The notes below the pieces were generated by a model. The model was not told the origin of the DNA and ran no database searches. It was given only the letters and a program-made list of their open reading frames with translations. The translations under genes were made by a program, and so were the position numbers. 64,000 nucleotides of DNA, taken from contig MHAY01000027.1 in assembly GCA_001804705.1 (NCBI GenBank), positions 15,399 through 79,398 on the forward strand. The letters run 5' to 3'. Positions within the stretch are counted from its first letter, which is position 1. Each line of letters starts with the position of its first letter. Shown here in pieces: positions 58,734-64,000 of this stretch. Source of the stretch: Ignavibacteria bacterium RIFOXYC2_FULL_35_21 (GTDB taxonomy: Bacteria > Bacteroidota > Ignavibacteria > Kapaibacteriales > UBA2268).

Positions 58734-60680
58734 ATGAAAAAGTTTTTTCTATATAGATTATCTGCCTGTTTAATAATTTGGTTCATCAGTATAATTTCCT
58801 CATCTGTGTATGCCAAAGATATAAAAAAAGATACAATCAAAACCGACGAAATAATTGTAACTGCAAGCAGGGTTCCAATGCTTTATTCGGAAATCGGTAG
58901 ATTTGTCCAAACTTTATCGAAATCTGAGATAACAATTGCTCCCGTACATAGTATTCAAGAGCTATTGAAGAATTCAACCAACATTGATGTACGACAGAGA
59001 GGCAGTATTGGTGTTTAGTCCGACATCAGTATGAGGGGAGGAACTTTTGAACAGACTCTGGTTTTATTAAACGGAATAAATATTAATGATCCTCAAACAG
59101 GCCATCACAATACAGATTTTCCTGTTGACCTCGATAATATTGACAGGATTGAAATTCTTAAGGGACCTGCTTCAAGGGCTTTCGGGGCCAATGCCTTTTC
59201 AGGGGCTGTTAATATCATTACAAATGAACCTGAACAAAATAAAATTCGTCTTACGATGAATGGAGGTGCGAACAATTATTATTCTCTTTCTGTTTCCGGG
59301 GCATACAATGTTTCTGGTTTTAACAATTTTTTATCAATTTCAAAGAAAAAGTCGGACGGGTATATTAAAAATACTGATTTTGACCTTTTAACCCTTTTTT
59401 ATAGCAGTTCTTATGCAGCATCATTCGCAAAATTTGATTGCCAGGTTGGTTACATGGATAAGGCATTCGGAGCAAATAGCTTTTATTCACCTGATTTCCC
59501 TGACCAATTTGAATCAACAAAAACAATTTTTGCAAGTTTGAAATCAACAATAGGTTCAACCTTCAAATTAAGTCCTGTTTTATACTGGCGCCGTCATCAG
59601 GATAGGTTTGAATTATTCAGGGACAACCCACCTTCCTGGTACACAGAGCACAATTATCATTTAACGGATGTTTATGGTATTAATATCAACAATTCATTGC
59701 CTTCTGTTATTGGTATTACCAATATCGGTGCAGGCTACCGTTCTGAAAACATTCTCAGTAATAAGTTGGGCATCCCGATGAATCATATCCTACCTGTTCC
59801 CGGAGAACCTGATGGAAAATTCACAAACAAAGCAACAAGAGACATTTTAGACTTTTTTCTGGAGCATAACATTTTATGGAAAGTTTTATCAATATCCGGA
59901 GGATTGCTTGCTGACCATACATCTGAATTTAATTGGAATATATATGCCGGTGTCGATGCTAGTTATATGCTGTTTGAAAATTCAAATATTTTTGCTAATG
60001 TAAACAATTCATTCAGACTGCCTTCCTTTACAGAGCTTTATTATTCAGACCCTACGAGCAAGGGTAATCCGCAATTGCAACCTGAAAAGGCAATTTCTTA
60101 TGAGTTTGGGTTAAAATATTTAAATGATTTTCTGAAGGTTCAATTATCTATTTTCAGAAGAGAAGGAAACAATTTAATTGACTGGACAAAACAGGCTGAT
60201 GACTCTTTATGGCGAAGTACAAATTTAACAAATGTCAATTCGAATGGCTTAGATATTTATCTGAGCCTTTACCCTGAAAACTTGTTCAAAAATTCTTTTC
60301 CCATTCACAATGTAAATATATCTTACAGTTATTTATCTATGGATAAAATCTACGGTGGCTTTTTATCGGAATACGTGCTTGATTATTTGAGGAACAAATT
60401 AACAATAGTTATTTCTCATGACTTGGCATTCGATATAAAAATGAGCTGGAGTGTTTCCTACAACGACAGGGCTGGGCAATATCTTGACTACCAAACAAAA
60501 AATATCAAGTATTTCAAACCTTACTTTTTAGTTGACACAAAAATTTACACAACAATTAAAAATATTACTATATATCTTCTATCAACAAATTTGTTTGATG
60601 TAATCTATACTGATATAGCTAATCTTAAATTACCAGGCAGATGGCTCTCTATCGGAGTTAATTATGATTTGAATTTATAG
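58734..60680 (+). pseudogene. TonB-dependent receptor interrupted by an in-frame TAG (59016-59018)
   Basis: The two track ORFs 58707..59018 and 59031..60680 are in the same frame. The junction reads DVRQRGSIGV-TAG-SDISMRGGTFEQTLVLLNGININDPQTGHH, the conserved plug motif (..G.Q.D.S.RGG..) with the stop at the conserved Gln position. TonB box/plug DEIIVTASR lies upstream. Confidence 0.75.
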
Positions 60681-60790
60681 TGTGAATATTTAGAGCTATA
60701 CTATGATTTTTTGATATAAAGATAGTACTTGGTTTTCTTAATCTATTACTGAAATGATGAATTAATACCAAATTGCTATCAATAGAAAAA

Positions 60791-60817
60791 TCAACCGGCG
60801 GTTAATCCGCTGGTTGA
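60791..60817. terminator. Candidate hairpin terminator between convergent genes
   Basis: tcaaccggcgg-ttaat-ccgctggttga, an 11-bp stem with one G-T pair. Confidence 0.4.
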
Positions 60818-60886
60818 TTAAAAATACAAAATATAAATTACAATTTTTGAAAACTATGCTGTAAAACTAATTTCGCTTATGTTATT

Positions 60887-63247
60887 CTAATTCAAATTAC
60901 TAATATGGTAACCGGTATTATTCAATGTATATTCTTTCATAAATTGTTCCGGAATGGATTTTGGGACTTCTTTAGGCAACGTGAACATGAAAGTAGTACC
61001 TACATCTGTATTTCTTTTGACCCAGATTTTACCACCATGAATATCAATAAATTCTTTTGCTAAAATCAAACCTAAGCCCGTACCTTTTTCTCTTAGGGTC
61101 CCGATTGTTGTGTGATGAATATCAATTCTGAAAAGCTTTTTCAGGTCTTCTTCTTCAATTCCGACACCATTATCGGTAACTGAAATTTCAATCATCCCTT
61201 TTTCATCTTTTGAACAAATTTTCACCTGGCCATGTTCGTTAGTAAATTTTATTGCATTTGATATAAGATTTCTTATAACCGTAGAAATCATGTTGGGGTC
61301 TCCAAACACATATGTGGCATCAGGTATATAATTTTCTATAGTTATCTTCTTTTTGATAGCATTTCCCAGCAGTAAGCTGATATTTTCAACGCTTAGTTCT
61401 CTAATATCGAAATGTATCGGGTCGAATTCCATCTTTCCGCTTTGAGCTCGGGACCATTGTAATAAATTCTCGAGTAAACTGGATAAATGCTGTCCCGATT
61501 TGTATATGCTATTAATAAGGTCGAGTAGCTGTTCGCCGGACATCTGCTTATATTTATTTATAAGCAGGTCTGATGACAATGTGATTGAGTGTAATGGATT
61601 TTTTAAGTCATGTGCGATTATTGAGAAGAACTTATCTTTTGTTGCATTAGCTTCACTCAGATTTTCCTCTTTCTTTTGAAGCTCGACGAACATTTCTTCA
61701 AGTTTATGATGCTGGTTTTTTATTTGCAGATTTTTCTCGTTCAAAAGCTTGTTGGCTCTGTTTTTGTTAAAATACCTATTTAGAATTACTAAAATTAATA
61801 TTAGAAATAATCCGGATATCACAATGAAATAGTATTGTTGAGCCTGCTTTGATTCTTTCAGCAATTTGTTTTCCCTTTCCTTGGTTTCAGTCCGCCATTT
61901 AACTTCCTGGTCTGCAAATCTCTTGTTCATAACCTCGGTACTGAGTGAATCTTTCAAATCCGTAAATCTTTTATGGTATTCCAGGGCTTTTTGAAAATCA
62001 CCTGATTCGGCATACACTTCGTGTATGAGAAAATATGATTCCATTATCAGCTTTTTTTGATTGGTTTCTTCTGCCAATTGCTTAGCTTTATTTAGATAAT
62101 CAAGTGCCTGCGGATAATCTTTCATTTTTAAGTAAATTTCAGCTATACTTGTATAAGGATAAAAAATTTCTGTTTTCTCATTAAGTTCAATCCTTAAATC
62201 AATTGATTGTTTACAATACTCAAGAGCCTTCTGATAATCACCCAAATTCTTATAAACTAAACCGATATTATTTAATATTCTTGCCATTCCGCGCTTCGAC
62301 CCAAGTTCCTCTGCCAAAGCAAAAGATTTTTGATAATATTCCAAAGCCTTGTCGAATTTTTTCCAATCATAATAAACATTACCTATACTTGTAACGATTT
62401 GTGCAATTTTTTCCTTATCCCCTCCTGCTCTTGTCAGTCTTAATGCTCTTTGGTAATACTCGACAGCTTTCTTATAATAATTCAAGTTATAATATAACTT
62501 CCCAATATTATAAAGAAAGTCATCCATCTTTTCTTTATCTCCGATTTCTTCCCTGATTTTTATCTCTTTAAGATAATACTCCAAAGCTTTATCATTTTGG
62601 CCTATTTTAAAATATAGAAATCCAATACTGTTATAAACATTAGCTATTTCTTTCTTTTCACCGCTTTTCTCCCACAATTCAAGTTGCTGCATCCTGTAAT
62701 TCAATGCTATATCATATTTACCCTGTTTTGCATATAAGGTACTTAAATTATTAATTGATTTAGCTATTTCTACCTTATTACCGGTTTTTTTTCTTATGGA
62801 TAAGGCTTGTTGATAGTATTCTAAAGCTTTATCAAATTTATTTGTACTATAATACACTGTCCCGATATTATTTAATATTTTAGCTTTCTCACCCTCATTT
62901 TTTATTTTCGCAACTTCTTTTAATGCCTTTTCAAAGTTATTTAAGGCAGTTGAATAATCTTCCTTCTCATAGTAACCCTTTCCTATATTTGAATAAGCTT
63001 TCTGTATGTTGTAAATATCGCTGGTTTCTTCGGCAAGTGACAAAGCCTGGTTGCCGTAAACGATGCTTTTATCAGTATTAACAGTAAGATATTCCTGAGA
63101 AAGTAAATTCAATAAATTTATTTTTTCAACTCCTGATGCAGTTTTAAGCTTATTTTCAAGAGTCTCTATATTGTTGTTTGAAAATAGTGTTAAAATGCTC
63201 GAAAATACGAGCAACACTTGTATCCCAAGTTTTTTAGCTATATCCAA
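60887..63247 (-). CDS. Sensor histidine kinase with N-terminal extracytoplasmic TPR array (paralogous architecture to 41686..43977)
   Basis: 786 aa. Signal peptide, about 9 TPR repeats and a TM helix (YYFIVISGLFLILILVILN). H-box KDKFFSIIAHDLKNP, N-box RNLISNAIKFT, G1 DNGVGI, G2 GTGLGL. Confidence 0.85.
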   Translation of the reverse strand: MDIAKKLGIQVLLVFSSILTLFSNNNIETLENKLKTASGVEKINLLNLLSQEYLTVNTDKSIVYGNQALSLAEETSDIYNIQKAYSNIGKGYYEKEDYSTALNNFEKALKEVAKIKNEGEKAKILNNIGTVYYSTNKFDKALEYYQQALSIRKKTGNKVEIAKSINNLSTLYAKQGKYDIALNYRMQQLELWEKSGEKKEIANVYNSIGFLYFKIGQNDKALEYYLKEIKIREEIGDKEKMDDFLYNIGKLYYNLNYYKKAVEYYQRALRLTRAGGDKEKIAQIVTSIGNVYYDWKKFDKALEYYQKSFALAEELGSKRGMARILNNIGLVYKNLGDYQKALEYCKQSIDLRIELNEKTEIFYPYTSIAEIYLKMKDYPQALDYLNKAKQLAEETNQKKLIMESYFLIHEVYAESGDFQKALEYHKRFTDLKDSLSTEVMNKRFADQEVKWRTETKERENKLLKESKQAQQYYFIVISGLFLILILVILNRYFNKNRANKLLNEKNLQIKNQHHKLEEMFVELQKKEENLSEANATKDKFFSIIAHDLKNPLHSITLSSDLLINKYKQMSGEQLLDLINSIYKSGQHLSSLLENLLQWSRAQSGKMEFDPIHFDIRELSVENISLLLGNAIKKKITIENYIPDATYVFGDPNMISTVIRNLISNAIKFTNEHGQVKICSKDEKGMIEISVTDNGVGIEEEDLKKLFRIDIHHTTIGTLREKGTGLGLILAKEFIDIHGGKIWVKRNTDVGTTFMFTLPKEVPKSIPEQFMKEYTLNNTGYHISNLN

Positions 63248-63931
63248 TTGTTAACCTTATTATATTATAAGTAAATTTTACTTGTTTTTTTCAATAATTA
63301 AAATTAAATTTATAAAATTGTTTAAGTTTAATAAATCGTTAATACTTTATATTGTATCAACCTTATTTATTAAATAAATCATTGAATAATTATTTTAATT
63401 ATAGAATTAATTATTTAACTAAAGGTATAAAACTGCAAATATCGAGCCATTTATTTTAGTTATTTAATACAGAAAATTGTTAAAAAAATTTGAAATATTA
63501 TGAAAAAATAATTATTATATTTCATTAGAAAAAAAATTGATATATTATGTATCTCCTTATTTTTCAATGATAGTAATTTATTTTTCATTCAATAAATTCA
63601 TTTTGGGTTCATTTATTTTTCATTTTTTTTATAAAAATGTTTGCATTTAACAATTTTTTTATTATATTAGAAGTGAATAGGATGTTCACAACACTAATAC
63701 ATTATGAGGTTATCATGGATGATACGGTCATTATGGTCTGTTTAAACCGGCTTAGGCTTGGTTTCCATATTACTATTCCATTGGTTAATCAAAATAATAT
63801 GCAATATTTAGGCATAAGTGCATTTTAATGTTTATTCATTTATTTGCACAATGCCTTTTTTATAATGGTGCATCTTATCAGGATATGAAATTTATTTTTA
63901 AATATATTTTTTCAAAAATTTCGGAGGATTT

Positions 63932-64000
63932 ATGATATTCTTAGTAGGTTTCTTTTGGTACTTACAGGCATTAATGCCTGATTCTGCCGCTGTTGTTGCA
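63932..64000 (+). CDS. 5' end of an unidentified, probably membrane, protein running off the window
   Basis: GGAGGA Shine-Dalgarno site 3 nt upstream of ATG 63932. The frame reads MIFLVGFFWYLQALMPDSAAVVA and is open to the window end. Confidence 0.3.
   Translation, partial: MIFLVGFFWYLQALMPDSAAVVA

Noticed and set aside
63637-63828. 63-aa ORF in the last intergenic region
   Set aside because: It has no ribosome-binding site, an odd composition and an AT-rich promoter-like context. It is possibly part of a leader for the gene starting at 63932, but nothing recognisable is present.
1-64000. Alternative genetic code (stop-codon reassignment) as an explanation for the in-frame stops
   Set aside because: TGA, TAA and TAG each terminate conserved proteins at the expected ends. 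Examples are the gatE TGA with the ATGA overlap, both OMP paralogs ending ..YF-TGA, the FKBP domain ending at TGA, ftsZ and ftsA ending at TAA, and the M16 peptidase ending at TAG. The standard code 11 fits.

Overview
AT-rich chromosomal segment from a Gram-negative bacterium, most likely of the FCB superphylum (Ignavibacteria/Bacteroidota-like). The taxon is an inference. It rests on four large secreted proteins ending in T9SS-type C-terminal sorting domains, ileS / TraR-DksA (single Cys pair) / lspA synteny, TonB-dependent receptor and OmpA/PD40 genes, and use of Shine-Dalgarno sites.

The backbone is housekeeping: rpsP (5' partial), mtnA plus a class II aldolase, feoA-feoB-dtxR, tRNA-Thr, tRNA-Ser, an SDR, ftsQ-ftsA-ftsZ, rluB, dapD, lspA, ileS and an M16 peptidase.

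I found no CRISPR array, rRNA, transposase, integrase or recognisable defence operon. There is no clear-cut novel multi-gene system in this window.

Observations worth a second look:
1. An archaeal-type gatE-gatD operon in a bacterial context.
2. Two conserved Cys-rich 28-codon frames with no start codon, each in frame directly upstream of one of two tandem small OMP-like paralogs. Their synonymous-substitution pattern argues for translation.
3. A VIT-vWA-TonB_C-FKBP fusion protein, flanked on both sides by copies of a long imperfect palindromic element built from AACCTTA/TAAGGTT half-sites, with an orphan MoxR ATPase nearby.
4. Three tandem lipoprotein paralogs bracketed by two tRNA genes.
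5. A small islet with G-rich inverted motifs, 10-bp-phased GACAAA iteron-like repeats and a hicB-hicA pair.
6. An exported TPR-CHAT protease next to a PD40-OmpA protein.
7. A histone-H1-like Lys/Ala-rich domain fused to a TraR/DksA zinc finger.
8. A 4 x 36 bp mosaic tandem repeat.
9. A TonB-dependent receptor interrupted by an in-frame TAG at a conserved Gln.

Everything is based on reading the sequence and the ORF translations. No database search was run.
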